Origin: an uncultured Acidobacteriota bacterium | Lineage (GTDB): Bacteria; Acidobacteriota; UBA6911 | Assembly: GCA_963827655.1 (NCBI GenBank) | Contig: CAWHCF010000049.1 | Coordinates: 160,001-224,000 of the forward strand | Reading direction: 5' to 3' | Length of the DNA stretch: 64,000 nucleotides | In this document: piece after piece, positions 21,770 through 33,548 of the stretch | Layout of the letters: each line of letters opens with the position of its first letter | Numbering within the stretch: position 1 is the first letter of the stretch | The notes under the pieces: model-generated | The model's database searches: none | Told to the model about the DNA's origin: nothing | Seen by the model: the letters and a program-made list of their open reading frames with translations, nothing else | Made by a program: the position numbers and the translations under genes

Positions 21770-21997
21770 GGTTCCCCCTCCCGTTTAGAGGAAAGTTCGC
21801 GACATATACTTGCCCGGCTGCGATTCTATTCGAACTGAGTTTTCGCAGGGCCGCTTACCTGATGCACAATCATACCGTTATTGCCGGCCGCCGGGCGAAT
21901 TTTGTAAGTCTACTGCCAGAACGATGCAGCCGGCCGCCGCAACCCACCACGAAGGCTCCAAGACACGAAGAAACGCTGGCTCGAAAGCTGTAAGATA

Positions 21998-22027
21998 TTG
22001 ACAGGAATCAACCACCGTACTCATAAT
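21998..22027 (+). promoter_or_regulatory. Putative sigma70 promoter for the TonB-dependent receptor
   Basis: TTGACA-N18-CATAAT about 25 nt upstream of ATG 22052. Confidence 0.55.
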
Positions 22028-22051
22028 CTGGTAAAATCAGCGGGGGTGTCC

Positions 22052-25000
22052 ATGCGAAACATAGGGAAACAAACCTGGATGGCGTGGCTTGCGTTCGCTC
22101 TGTTTATCAACGTAGTGCCTGCTTCGGCAGACGTCACCGGCTCCATCAGCGGGGTGGTGAAGGATTCGACCGGCGCCATAGTCCCCGGAGCCGAGCTGGT
22201 CGCCACGAACGTGGGGACAAACGCCACTTATAGCGCTCTCAGCGACGAGTCCGGAGTCTACGTGGTCCGGGCCATCCCGATAGGACTCTACAACCTGTCG
22301 GCCGAAGCGCGCGGCTTCAAGAAATTCGAATCTAAAGGCATCCGGGTCCAGGTCAACGAAGTAGCGCGGGTAGACGTCGCCCTGACGGTAGGCGAGACTT
22401 CGGAGACAATCGTCGTATCCAGCAAAGTCACCCACGTTGATACCGAATCTTCTACTCTCAAGACCGTGGTGGACCAGCGGAGGATCGAGGATCTTCCTCT
22501 GAACGGCAGGAATCCGACTCAGCTCATGCGGCTCGTAGCCGGTGTCCAGGCTGATCCCAGGGCTGACGTGTTGTCAGGGACCACCTATCCGGGCGTAGTT
22601 CCGGTTTCGGTAAATGGCGGCCGGGCCAACACAACGAATTACGTTCTCGACGGCGGACAGAACAACGATCACTACAGCAACGCGCCCAACCCCATGCCGA
22701 ACCCGGATGCCTTGCAGGAGTTCAGTGTTCAAACCAACAACTTCAGCGCCGAATTCGGACGAAACGTGGGCGGAATCGTCAACGCCGTCACGAAGTCGGG
22801 AACCAACAAGCTGCACGGGACCGCATTCGAGTACGTGCGCAATCATGCGCTCAACGCGGCCAACTTCTTTTCGCCCATCAACGCACAGGGCGAAAAACAG
22901 GACGACGGCCTGAAGCGCAACCAGTTTGGAGCCACGCTGGGAGGACCGGTCTGGTTAGGCCCGCTTTACGATGGACGCGACCAGACCTTTTTCTTCTTCT
23001 CGTATCAGGGAACGCTCGATCGCAGAACGCCGCAATCCGTCCAGCGCGTGGTTCCCACTGAAGCGCAAAGGCGCGGTGATTTCTCGGCGCTCTCCAGGCA
23101 GCTTCGAAATCCTTTCACGGGCGCAAACTATCCCAACAATCAGATTCCGTTATCCGATTTCAATCCTGTGTCTAAATTCATCACCGACAATTATCTTCCT
23201 GTGCCCTCCGCCGGTGGAAATACGATCGCGTTTGCCGACACTGACCAACCTTGATGACCATCAAACCATGGTCCGGGGAGACCATAAGCTTTCCACCAAC
23301 AATACGCTGAGCGGCCGATTCTGGGTCTCCAACGCCAGCCAGCCCGCCTTTCTCGATTCGAAGAACTACCTGGCTCAGAGTACGGGAAGAACCTGGCGCA
23401 ATACCAGCGTCGTGATCGGCGACACGCACGCGTTCGGAGCCACGGTCCTGAACAGCGCGCTCTTCAGCTTCAACCGGACCAACGGAAACAACTTCCAGGT
23501 CTCTTCCGGACAGGAGCCTCACGGATCTGGGAGTCAAGATGTACAACGACCAGACCCCGCAATACCACCTGACCGTGGACGGATACTTCATGATCAATAC
23601 CGGGGACACGAACACGTTTCTTCGGGACGAGTACCAGATAAGCGATACGATTCGCTGGTCGAAAGGCAAGCACCAGATCAGCCTGGGCGGCGAGTATGGA
23701 CGGGGTATTGGCGATGTCGTCAATAATTTCCGCGCCAACGGCCAGTTCGGGTGGAGTGGCGCGGCCCCCTTCACCGGCGATGCGCTCGCCGACTTCTTCG
23801 TGGGCAAGTTCAACAGCTCTGGTCCCAGGGAATTGGCGAATACAAAAAGACGCGCTTCGATATTCTCGCGCTTTTCTTCCAGGACAGCATTCGTCTCACC
23901 AACCGGCTTACAGTGGATCTGGGCCTCCGGTGGGATCCCTTCTTTCCCTACACAGACGTGGATGGGAAGCTCTCGGCGTGGAGACCGGGTCAAGAGTCGA
24001 CGCGATACGTCAATGCCCCGGTCGGAATTCTTTACCCGGGTGATGCCGGCTTGCCTGACGGGGGTTACGATACATCCTGGAACAACTTTGGGCCTCGCTT
24101 CGGTTTTGCATGGGATCTCTTCGGAGACGGCAAGACAAGCCTGCGCGGCGGCTACGGTATCTTCTACGATCGGTCCAACACGATCTCGACCAACAGCCAG
24201 GCCAACCAGGGACCCTTCGGTACTCTGGTCACGATCAACGGAAACGCCGCCAACACCTTCAGCGATCCGTACTTGGGTGCGACGAATCCGTTTCCGGCCA
24301 GCACAAATCCGCCGCCCGACGTAGCCTTTGTTCTGCCTCATGTCGCCTTTGTGTATGAGGCCAATATGCGAAACCCTTACATCCAGGCTTGGAACCTCAC
24401 GCTCGAGCGGGAGGTGGGATGGGGATTCGTCGCCCGGGGGGCCTATGCGGCGTCGAAAGGGACGCACCTGGTGATCGGCCGGGAAGGGAATCCTGCCATC
24501 TTCGCGCCTGGCGTCACCACGGCCACAACCAACCAGCGCCGGCCGCTATTTCCAAATTTCGGCCAGGTGACGCTCGTCGAAGGGACGGGGAATTCAACGT
24601 TCCATTCGATGCAGTTGACGGCAGAGAGAAGATTCAATCAGGGCTTCTCGATCCTCACGAATTACATGTTCTCAAAGAGCATCGATGACAGTTCCGCCAA
24701 TAAAGCGACCGGCCAGACGCGCGTCGGCATCTACGATCAGTCGTTCGACCGGGGTCCGTCTGATTTCGATCACAGCCATGTGTTCACCTCCTCGAGCCTC
24801 TGGGAGATTCCGGGGCGACTCGACAATCGTCTCGCGAATGCTTTCGTGGGCGGCTGGAACCTGACTTCAATCATTACGCTTCAGAGTGGGTTCCCCTTCA
24901 CCGTCGCGAGTGGCGTTGATAATGCTCGAAGCGGCACAGGTAGCCAGAGGGCTGACCTGGTCGGAGACCCCATTCTCCCGGACAATCGCAGCCGGGGTGA

Positions 25001-25298
25001 AGAGGTGGCGATGTGGTTGAACCGGACTGCCTTCGCGCCCAACGTACTCGGAACATTTGGCAACCAGGGGCGGAACATGTGGCGGGGTCCGGGATACGCC
25101 ACAGTGGACCTTGGAGTTCACAAGAACTTCCAGGCTGCCGAAGCGCTCAGGATTCAGTTCCGCTTCGAAGTATTCAATGCTTTCAACCGCCCAAATCTGA
25201 TGGGGCCGAATGCCAGCCAGAATTCCGCTACATTCATGAGGACCACGACGGCCTTCGACCCGCGCATCCTGCAGTTCGCCATGAAGCTGATCTTTTGA
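22052..25298 (+). CDS. Oar-type TonB-dependent receptor with carboxypeptidase-regulatory-like N-domain (three frameshifts ~23240, ~23500, ~23820)
   Basis: GSISGVVKDSTGA, LPLNGRN, SAEFGR..GG..TKSGTN, RNQFG..LGGP, NNFGPRFGFAW, C-terminal PRILQFAMKLIF. Confidence 0.92.
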
Positions 25299-25381
25299 GG
25301 TGAGACTTTGGGTTTCGCTTGCGGCATCGCCGCAGCGGCGAGGCCAAGTTTTGAACTCTTCTTGTTTTGGAGAACGAAGCC

Positions 25382-26639
25382 ATGAGCCAAGAACATGAAA
25401 AAAAGCTTAGCCGGCGCAATTTCCTGCAGAGTTCCCTGGCGGCCGCAGCAGTGTCGGGTGCCGTCGCAATGCCTCGGCCGTCGGCTGCGGCGATTCCTGA
25501 CGGGCCCCTGCTGAGAGCCGGGCTCGTGGGTTGCGGAGGTCGTGGTACGGGCGCAGCCAGAGATATTGTCAAGGGGGCTCCCAACGTGAAGATTACCGCC
25601 TTGGCCGATGTATTCCAGGACCGGCTGAACCGCGCTCGAACGACGCTGGAGAAAGAGGGGCAGAACGTACCCGATGATCATTGTTTCGTGGGGTTCGATG
25701 GCTACAAAAAGCTGATTGCCAGCGACGTCGATGTTGTGCTCCTGGCGACACCGCCGCATTTCCGTCCCGCGCATTTTGCCGCCGCCGTGGATGCCCGGAA
25801 ACATGTTTTCATGGAAAAACCGGTCGCCGTGGACCCGGTCGGGATACGTTCCATTATTGCGAGCGGAGAGAAGGCGAAGACGTCTGGGGTTAAGCGTGGT
25901 GGCGGGAACCCAACGGCGACACAGTCCGGATTACCTCGAGGCCAGAAAACGAATCGCCGACGGCGCCATCGGGAAAATCGTAGCGGCGCGCGCTTACTGG
26001 AACCAGGGCCAACTGTGGTACAGGGAGCGTGATCCGAAGTGGTCCGACATGGAATGGATGATTCGTGACTGGGTAAACTGGGCCTGGCTTTCTGGAGACC
26101 ACATTGTCGAACAACACGTGCACAACCTCGATGTCATTAACTGGTTCACCGACAGTCATCCGGTAAAGGCCGTCGGCATGGGAGGACGAGCTCGCCGGGT
26201 GACCGGAGACCAGTTCGACTTTTTTGATGTCGACTTCGAATTCGCGGACGGAATGCACCTTCACAGCCTGTGCCGGCAGATCAACGGATGTAAGGATAAC
26301 GTTTCCGAATACATCGTAGGCACCAAGGGTTCCACCAACTGCGCCAACAAGATACTCGACCTCAACGGCACCCCGGTCTGGTCCTACGAAGGGCCAAAAC
26401 CGTCCCCGTATGTTCAGGAACACACCGATCTGGTGGCGGCGATTCGCGCCGGCAAGCCGATCAACGAGGCTCGGAACGTCGCCGAATCGACCCTGGTGGC
26501 CATCATGGGGCGGATTTCCGCCTACACAGGAAAAGAGGTTACCTGGGATGAGCTGATGAAGTCGGATCTCTGCCTGGGGCCCACCGAATACGCCCTCGGC
26601 CCCATGCCGATCGGTAAGGCGCCAGTTCCGGGAGCGTGA
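25382..26639 (+). CDS. Tat-exported Gfo/Idh/MocA oxidoreductase (frameshift near 25885)
   Basis: SRRNFL Tat motif, GLVGCGGRG, ATPPHFR, MEKP, GTQRRH, EQHVHNLD. Confidence 0.9.
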
Positions 26640-26676
26640 CACCTCACCGCAAAGTCGCGAAGACGCCAGGGATTAA

Positions 26677-27748
26677 TCAAGAATCAAAGCCGACGAATAC
26701 CGGTTCAGGGGTTAGATCGACACCGAAAGTTGTCTTGACTCCGGTCTGAATCTCGCGCGCCAGGTTGAGCACATCCTCGGCTGTGGCGCCCCCTCGATTC
26801 ACAAGCGCGAGCGTGTGCTTGGAGGAAAGCGCTACTCTTCCGCGGGCATATCCTTTCGGAAATCCGGACCTCTCGATAAGCCAGGCAGCCGGTACTTTGA
26901 CGTTCCCAACAGGTGCCTTGTATCGAGGAAGGGTTTCGGCGGGGGATAGAAAACCGCCGCGTCGAGCAGCCTCCTGGATTTCCAAGTAAGCCGCTTCGCT
27001 CACAATCGGATTCTTGAAGAACGAACCTGCGCTCCTGCTATCCGGGTCACCCGAAATCAGAAGCATCGCCTTGCCCGCCCGAATGCTAAGGACGGCCTCG
27101 CGGACGTCGGTGAGCGAAGGGTCGCCGGGTCTTCCGGCGAAATAACGCTGAAGATCGGCATATTCGATCCGAGGTTTTCCATTCACACGAAGCGCATAGG
27201 TGACGCTGAGGACGATGTACCGGTCTCGCATGGTGGTGTTGAAGAGGCTGGTTCGATACGTGAAACCGCATTGCGCGTTGCTCAGCTCCAGAATCGAGCG
27301 CTTCTCTCGATCGAGGACCCGCACGGACACGATTACCTCGCTCACCTCCTCTCCGTAGGCGCCGACGTTTTGAACCGGCGTTCCCCCCACCGTTCCAGGA
27401 ATCCCGCTGAGGCACTCAATGCCAGCCCAGTTCCGCTCGACGGCCATCCGGACCACGGGATCCCAATCTTCGCCTGCCGCAGCCGTAAAGGTGCCGCTCT
27501 GCCCTGATCCGTGTTGTCGGATGCCACAAAGCGCCACCCTTAAAACCAGACCGGGGAAGCCTGAGTCGGCGATCAGCGTATTGCTCCCGCCCCCCAGGAT
27601 GAACACCGGAATTCCTCGACTATCAGCAAAGTCCAAAGCTTCCAGGGCGCGGCTTTCTTCAGTTGCTTCTGCCAGAAAGCGAGCCGGTCCACCGATCCCC
27701 AGAGTAGTGAAGGGGGCCAGAGGGCACGTTCTCAAGAATCCAGGACAT
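26677..27748 (-). CDS. murB: UDP-N-acetylenolpyruvoylglucosamine reductase (frameshift near 27722)
   Basis: MSWILENVP-LAPFTTLGIGGPARF, GGGSN, IPGTVGG.P.QNVGAYG, SAGSFFKNP, KHTLALVN, PEP. Confidence 0.93.
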
Positions 27749-27754
27749 CTCTCT

Positions 27755-27832
27755 AGTAGAAAGTAGAAAGTGCGAGTGTTGAGTGTTGAGTACTTTAAAT
27801 TACTTTTCACTCAGCACTTTCTACTTTCTACT
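27755..27832. repeat. Inverted heptamer array (AGTAGAA/GAGTGTT type)
   Basis: tagtagaaagtagaaagtgcgagtgttgagtgttgagt ... actcagcactttctactttctact. Confidence 0.85.
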
Positions 27833-28823
27833 GGCGAAAATGCGGCAGGATTTCCTTACCGTAGACTCTGAGGGTCTCTTCTTCTTCGCCGCACATCAGG
27901 TAGATGTTGAACTGCGTGACCCCGCGGTTGAAAAGCTCCTTGAGCTTCTGGCGATGTGCGCCGATCGAGCCTACGACGCAATAGCGATCGACAATCTCAT
28001 CCGGCACAAAGGCCGCGTTGTCGCTCCCTACCTCTGCGTGGTGGTGATAGTCGTACCCCTTTCGGTTGTGGATATAGGCGGTTAATCCAGCCGGAAGCTC
28101 GGAAGGTTGGTACCGCGAAACCAGGTCTACTACGTGATTGGAAACCAGCGCCGGGAACCACCGCACGCGATCGCGCGCCAGCGCAAGATCGTCGGATACC
28201 CAAACCGGAGCGGCGCTCATGACCTCAATCGTCTTGGGGTCCCTTCCGGCTTTCTCGGCTCCCTCCCGGACGAAGCCCATGCACCACTGGATCAGATCAG
28301 GGTCCGCAAACTGGAGGACGATACCATCGGCGATCTTCCCGGCCAGGTGCAGGACTTTTGGACCATAACCCGCCACCCAGACCGGTACGTTCCCCTTGGC
28401 CCACGGCATGGAGATCGTTGCGCCGTCGTAGACCAGTTCCTCGCCCCGCGTCAAAACACGGATCGCGTTTACCGCCTCTTCCAGACGCTCCATCGTGGTA
28501 GGTTTCTTACCCATGACCCGGCGCGAGGAATCGCCGCGCCCGATACCCAGATCCATCCGTCCATTCGAGACGATGTTCAGCGTGGCCAGGAGACTGGCGG
28601 TAACCGTAGGATCCCGGACAACCGGATTGGTAACCAGCGTCCCCAATCGCATGGTTCGGGTGTTTATCGCCATGAGAGTCAGAAGCGGATAGGGTTCCTG
28701 CCAGAGAATGTGCGAATCAAAAGACCAGCCATATGTGAAACCGGCGCTCTCGGCCTGCCGGACCAGTGATACCAGGCGTTCCGGAGGCATGTCAGGTTTC
28801 AGGGTGATTCCAAAACTCGGCAT
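27828..28823 (-). CDS. LLM-class (luciferase-like), probably F420-dependent oxidoreductase, TIGR03842-like
   Basis: GWSFDSHILWQEPY, VTNP..R, GIGRGDS, LQFADP, VSNHV.DLV, YDYHHHA. Confidence 0.85.
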   Translation of the reverse strand: MPSFGITLKPDMPPERLVSLVRQAESAGFTYGWSFDSHILWQEPYPLLTLMAINTRTMRLGTLVTNPVVRDPTVTASLLATLNIVSNGRMDLGIGRGDSSRRVMGKKPTTMERLEEAVNAIRVLTRGEELVYDGATISMPWAKGNVPVWVAGYGPKVLHLAGKIADGIVLQFADPDLIQWCMGFVREGAEKAGRDPKTIEVMSAAPVWVSDDLALARDRVRWFPALVSNHVVDLVSRYQPSELPAGLTAYIHNRKGYDYHHHAEVGSDNAAFVPDEIVDRYCVVGSIGAHRQKLKELFNRGVTQFNIYLMCGEEEETLRVYGKEILPHFRQ

Positions 28824-29301
28824 AGTTCATCTCCTGCGCAAGAGATTAGTTCGCGTGACGGAGAAAGGCTATCCCTTTCTCTGTTTACTGGAAACCAGGA
28901 TGTCAGACTCGACGCCCCACAGACAATGACCAGGTCGAGCCATGCTGTCATTGTCGAAATCGAGGCTCGCGACGTCAGGGCATCAGAGAGTCAGGATGGG
29001 TGGGCCGCATGCCGGCTCTTCACGCTGGCAATGCACCTGGCTTATAATCCGCACGGTCGGGACTCATCGAGGACCAAGGAATACCGGGTCAAGTCAAAAG
29101 GCGCCTTCTCGGAAGCTCGGATCTTCCGGAAGTCGGCGCAAGAGGAGGGGTACATGGCGCTTGCCTCCTCCTATCCGACGCTTAGCGGAAGAGAGTAACG
29201 ATAACGGGAAGCGGGAGGTATGGAACCGCTCTTCGCCCGAAGTGTCGAGGCATCGGCACGGCGGGCAGGAGAGTAACGCGGCCACTACCTCCATCGCTGT
29301 G

Positions 29302-29958
29302 TCAGGCCGGCTGAAGGGCCGTCTTACGGCGGAACAAAGCCACGGCAATCCCACCAAAGAGGCAACCCACCACCACGGTATACGCAATCCAACCGGTAAG
29401 CTGAGGCACGAGCCCGATGAACAGCCATTTGGCAAACACGCCCATCTCCGGGAAGCCCGGCGGCGCTACGTCATAATGGGTACCCCAATTGCCAAGCATG
29501 GCCACGAGCATGAGGACGGCCACAGGAATCCGAGCCGCCAGGCCGTAGGCGAAAAGGACCTTGCCCAGCACCGGCGAGCCTGCATAGACGATAATCGTGC
29601 AAACCACCGAGGCGACGATGAAGAGGACGAGCGACGTCAAGGACGGCGAATTCGGGTCGAGTCCCAGGGCGAACACGCCTCCGAAACCGATCACAAAGAA
29701 GGCCGCCAGGCCCGACACCGCGTAGAGGACCGTCTTGCCGGCCTTGAGGGGTGCGGTTCCGGGCTGTGAGAGCTTGAGCGCGAAGTAAATTCCGAAGATC
29801 GGCACAAGCCACGCGATTCCGACGAGGGCGCCGCCGCCCCCCGCTTCGCGATTAAAGAGCACAGGTGACCAGTTCAGTAGCTCCCCGATGAGCCGCAGCA
29901 GAGTTACCCCAAGGGTGATGAGAGCCGGGACGCGGACGAGTTGAAAGAGGGACTCCAT
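29302..29958 (-). CDS. Hypothetical integral membrane protein
   Basis: About six hydrophobic segments, GGAG ribosome-binding site, WGTHYD loop motif. Confidence 0.75.
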   Translation of the reverse strand: MESLFQLVRVPALITLGVTLLRLIGELLNWSPVLFNREAGGGGALVGIAWLVPIFGIYFALKLSQPGTAPLKAGKTVLYAVSGLAAFFVIGFGGVFALGLDPNSPSLTSLVLFIVASVVCTIIVYAGSPVLGKVLFAYGLAARIPVAVLMLVAMLGNWGTHYDVAPPGFPEMGVFAKWLFIGLVPQLTGWIAYTVVVGCLFGGIAVALFRRKTALQPA

Positions 29959-30212
29959 GGATTGCTCCCTTCCGGTGCTTGGAGCTGCGCTTGCGGCTCC
30001 TGCACCACTGGTGTGATTGTACACTGCCCACATCATACAACCTCTTGGCCTGCAAGAGAATTATCGGACTTGCGCCAGGAGGAATTGAGGAATTGAGAAA
30101 GTTGCAACCTTACCGAGCCCTTTCCTCCAAAAAGACCGCCCGAAACGGAGGCATTTCGTGGGTGACCCGAATTATCCTGGCCCGCCAGGGACTCCTCCAC
30201 TAAAATCGACTC

Positions 30213-30338
30213 ATGTCCTTGTCCGCCAACACGCGCCTCGGCCCGTACGAAATTCTCGCGCCGCTCGGCGCGGGCGGCATGGGGGAAGTGTATCGCGCCA
30301 AAGACACGAGACTGAAGCGCCTGGTGCCGGCGAAGTAG
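30213..30338 (+). pseudogene. Truncated Hanks-type Ser/Thr kinase remnant (41 aa)
   Basis: [41 protein letters not shown] covers subdomains I-II only. Confidence 0.85.
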
Positions 30339-30404
30339 CTCTCGCGCTCCACCGATATCCATTCAGTGGGTGGGTGCCGGCAGCTTCCGACGCGAATGGA
30401 GATT

Positions 30405-31385
30405 TCAGACGCTGGACCGCACGACGACCTTCTCCAAAAGCCTGGTGGAGGCGTATATGGTTCGGGTATGCGGAATCGAGACTCCAAGCCGGTCCGCTAG
30501 CTCCACCACGGCCCCGACGATGGGCTCTAATTCGAGCGGCTTGCCCGCCTCGAGATCCTGCAGCATGCTGGTCTTGAATGCTCCGACCCGGGCGGCTGCT
30601 TCAAGACGTTTGTCGATTGGAATATCCGTTTCCATCCCGATCGCGCGGCCCACGCCCTCGATCTCTTCCATGATCGCTCGAATCAGGGTTCGGACGGCAG
30701 GATCCTGCGTCATCTGTTCGAGCGTCGCGCGCGTGAGCGCGCTCAGCGGGTTGAAGGCGACGTTTCCCAGAAGCTTGACCCAGATGTCATGACGAATGCG
30801 CTTGCGAATCGGACACTTCAAGCCTGCCTTCTGGAAGACGGCAGAGATTCTTCGGCACCGATCGCTGACAGCTCCATCCAGCTCCCCTATGGGGAAATGA
30901 TTTCCTCCGACGTGAACGATGACGCCCGGTTCCGAAATCACGGTTGAACAATTGATCACACACCCGATGACACGGCGGGTTTCCACGGTCGCGGCCAGTT
31001 TTCCCTCTGGATCTGTCGTTTCCAGGCGGAGACCCTCCAGCGGCCCCCCGTGATTCTGAAAATACCACCAGGGGATGCCGTTCTGCCCGATCACCAGGGG
31101 GGTATCGCTGGAGAGCAGGGGCTTGAGGCGCGGCGCCATCTCGGGGAGACTGTGAGCCTTCAACGTAACCAGGACCAGGTCCACGGAACCAATCACCGCC
31201 GGTTCATCCGTCGCCAGTGGATGCGCGGTGAACTCGCCCTCGGCGGAGCGAACCGTCACTCCACGTTCTTGAATCGCCCGAAGATGTTTACCTCGAGCGA
31301 CCAGGGCCACCTCTTCTCCCGCCGCCCAGAGCTTGGCGCCTGCAAAGGCGCCGATCGCCCCGGCCCCAATGACTGCAATTTTCAT
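30405..31385 (-). CDS. panE: 2-dehydropantoate 2-reductase (ApbA/PanE family)
   Basis: MKIAVIGAGAIG, ARG.HL, QNGIPWWYF, W.KL.GN...N, TSMLQD...LELE. Confidence 0.88.
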   Translation of the reverse strand: MKIAVIGAGAIGAFAGAKLWAAGEEVALVARGKHLRAIQERGVTVRSAEGEFTAHPLATDEPAVIGSVDLVLVTLKAHSLPEMAPRLKPLLSSDTPLVIGQNGIPWWYFQNHGGPLEGLRLETTDPEGKLAATVETRRVIGCVINCSTVISEPGVIVHVGGNHFPIGELDGAVSDRCRRISAVFQKAGLKCPIRKRIRHDIWVKLLGNVAFNPLSALTRATLEQMTQDPAVRTLIRAIMEEIEGVGRAIGMETDIPIDKRLEAAARVGAFKTSMLQDLEAGKPLELEPIVGAVVELADRLGVSIPHTRTIYASTRLLEKVVVRSSV

Positions 31386-31525
31386 CTGATGCGACTCCTC
31401 CAAGGTGAAATCAGCCGCGAGTCTAGCCCAACTTAGCCGCAGGCAAAAGCCGCCACTAAAGGGCCACCCGGATTATCGTGAGCACCTCGATAGCGACCGA
31501 GCGTGAGCTCCAGCGAACTCTCGGG

Positions 31526-31580
31526 TTGACAAGGCGGATATCGTGAACTAAAACTTAGGTGAAATTTGATTTCAATTTTC
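31526..31580 (+). promoter_or_regulatory. Sigma70 promoter plus Fur-like palindrome upstream of the iron permease
   Basis: TTGACA-N17-TAAAAC; TGAAAT-TTG-ATTTCA at 31560-31574. Confidence 0.6.
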
Positions 31581-31597
31581 GTTTCAGGAAAATCGCC

Positions 31598-32392
31598 ATG
31601 TTGCAGGCTTTCGTTATTACCCTCCGTGAAGGAATAGAAGCGTTTCTGATCGTCGCCATCAGCGTCTCCTACTTGCGCAAGATGGGGCGGGAGGCCCTCT
31701 TACAGCCGGTGTATTGGGGCATTGCCGCGTCAGTTTTTACCAGCGCCGCGGCGGGTTACCTGTTTTCATTCGCTTCGAACCAGGCTCTCTGGGAAGGGAC
31801 GCTTGCTGTGGTGGCGGCGATCCTTGTGGCCACCCTGGTCGTGCACATGTGGCGCGCGGGCCGCACCCTCAAGGCTCGTATCCAGGCGCGGCTGAAGATT
31901 GCCGCCGAAGCGCCCGACCGGCGCGCCTGGCTGGGCGTTTTCCTGTTCATTGTGCTCATGATTACTCGTGAAGGAATGGAAACCGCGCTTTTGCTGGGCA
32001 CCCTCCTGTTCCAGATGAACGCGCCACGAATCCTCCTGGGAGCGCTGCTGGGTGTTGCCGGAGCTGCCGTGGTCGCCTTCCTGTGGAGCCGGTACAGTCA
32101 CCTGGTAGATCTGCGGCGTTTCCTTCAGGTGACGGCTGTTTTCCTCCTGGTATTTGTGGGTCAACTCATTCTCTATGGCGTCCACGAGCTTTCCGAAGCG
32201 AATGTTTTTCCCAACAGCGCTGCCATCCACGACGCCACGGAGCCGTATGGTCCCGATGGAATATATGGCCAGTGGATTTCGTTTTCCCTGATTGCCATCC
32301 CACTGGCATGGCTTGCCTGCTCCTGGCTGGCCGATCGCCTGAAGCGCGGCAGGGAATCCCGCTCTGTGCGGGCGGCCGCCTCTTCGGTGTAG
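31598..32392 (+). CDS. FTR1 family high-affinity iron permease
   Basis: Two REGxE motifs (LREGIE, TREGME), about 7 TM helices, HEL.E. Confidence 0.92.
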   Translation: MLQAFVITLREGIEAFLIVAISVSYLRKMGREALLQPVYWGIAASVFTSAAAGYLFSFASNQALWEGTLAVVAAILVATLVVHMWRAGRTLKARIQARLKIAAEAPDRRAWLGVFLFIVLMITREGMETALLLGTLLFQMNAPRILLGALLGVAGAAVVAFLWSRYSHLVDLRRFLQVTAVFLLVFVGQLILYGVHELSEANVFPNSAAIHDATEPYGPDGIYGQWISFSLIAIPLAWLACSWLADRLKRGRESRSVRAAASSV

Positions 32393-32501
32393 TTCCCTGT
32401 ATCACCTGCGAATTCGTTTTTAAGAACAATTCTCTTATTCGGCAATTCCGAAGGCTGAAGGCTGACGGCTGTGCGCTATAGCTTTGCGACGTGACGGATC
32501 T

Positions 32502-33548
32502 TCACACCAACGGCTGCTGCTGGGTAACACAGTGGAAAGCTCCCAATCCCCAGACTAGATCCCTCGCATCTATCCCGATGACTGTCCGAGAAGGAAAGAG
32601 CCGCCTCAGGGTGTCCAGGGCGGTCGTGTCGCTTTGCTGTCCATAGGTTGGAACCAGCACAACGCCGTTAGCGATATAGAAATTGGCGTAGCTGCATGGA
32701 AGCCGCTGCCCCTGGTAGTAGAGCGGACGAGGCATCGGCAGCGTGACGATCTGCAGCGGCTTGCCCGACTTATCCCGGATATGCTGGAGTCTTTCCAAGT
32801 TATCTCTCAGAGCCGCGTAGTTCTCATCCAGGGGATCTTCTTCCACGACCGTCACCACAGTCGTCGGGCTGACGAAGCGCGCCAGGTCATCGATGTGGCC
32901 GTCAGTGTCATCCCCGGCGATGCCCTGACCCAGCCACCAGAATTGAGTCACTCCCAGGAAGTCGCCGAGGAAGACTTCAATCTCGCGTTGGTTGAGGCCA
33001 GGGTTCCGGTTTGGATTCAGCAGGCACGACTCGGTCGTGAGTAGCGCTCCGTTGCCATTTACGTCGAGCGATCCTCCTTCCATGACTATTCCCGGCATGA
33101 AGCAGGGGGCTCCCAGCTCTTCGGCTACCCGGGCGGGAACCCGATCGTCCAGGTCGAAAGGCGGGTATTTGCCGCCCCAGGAGTTATAACCCCAGTCGAC
33201 GACGGCCATTTCTTGCCGGTTACCCAGGTCTCGCACGATGAAGATCGGACCGTGGTCGCGGCACCAGGCGTCATTGGTAGGGATTCGATGAAATCGGACT
33301 CGGTTCAGCTCAGCGCCGCGAAGCTGCAGGAGACTTCGCGCGCTCTCTTCCATGGCCGCGTCGCAAACGTTGATATGCACCTGTTCATGCGGACTCAGCA
33401 CACGGACGATTTCGGCGAAGACGGCAGGAATGGAGTTGAATTTCCCCGGCCAGGATTCCTCTTTGTGAGGCCAGCTCAGCCAGGTGGCGGCGTGCGGTTC
33501 CCACTCTGCGGGCATCCGATAACCGAGCTCTCGTGGGAGGAGACTCAA
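32502..33548 (-). CDS. aguA: Agmatine deiminase
   Basis: RMPAEWEPH, DAWCRDHGP, EGGS, DDTDGHID, SYANF, GAFHCVTQQQP; TTG start overlaps the upstream TGA. Confidence 0.93.
   Translation of the reverse strand: MSLLPRELGYRMPAEWEPHAATWLSWPHKEESWPGKFNSIPAVFAEIVRVLSPHEQVHINVCDAAMEESARSLLQLRGAELNRVRFHRIPTNDAWCRDHGPIFIVRDLGNRQEMAVVDWGYNSWGGKYPPFDLDDRVPARVAEELGAPCFMPGIVMEGGSLDVNGNGALLTTESCLLNPNRNPGLNQREIEVFLGDFLGVTQFWWLGQGIAGDDTDGHIDDLARFVSPTTVVTVVEEDPLDENYAALRDNLERLQHIRDKSGKPLQIVTLPMPRPLYYQGQRLPCSYANFYIANGVVLVPTYGQQSDTTALDTLRRLFPSRTVIGIDARDLVWGLGAFHCVTQQQPLV

Noticed and set aside
28850-29300. Possible decayed hicAB-like fragments (VIVEIE..., YPTLSGRE)
   Set aside because: Resemblance is limited to a few residues and the frames are inconsistent; cannot be supported.
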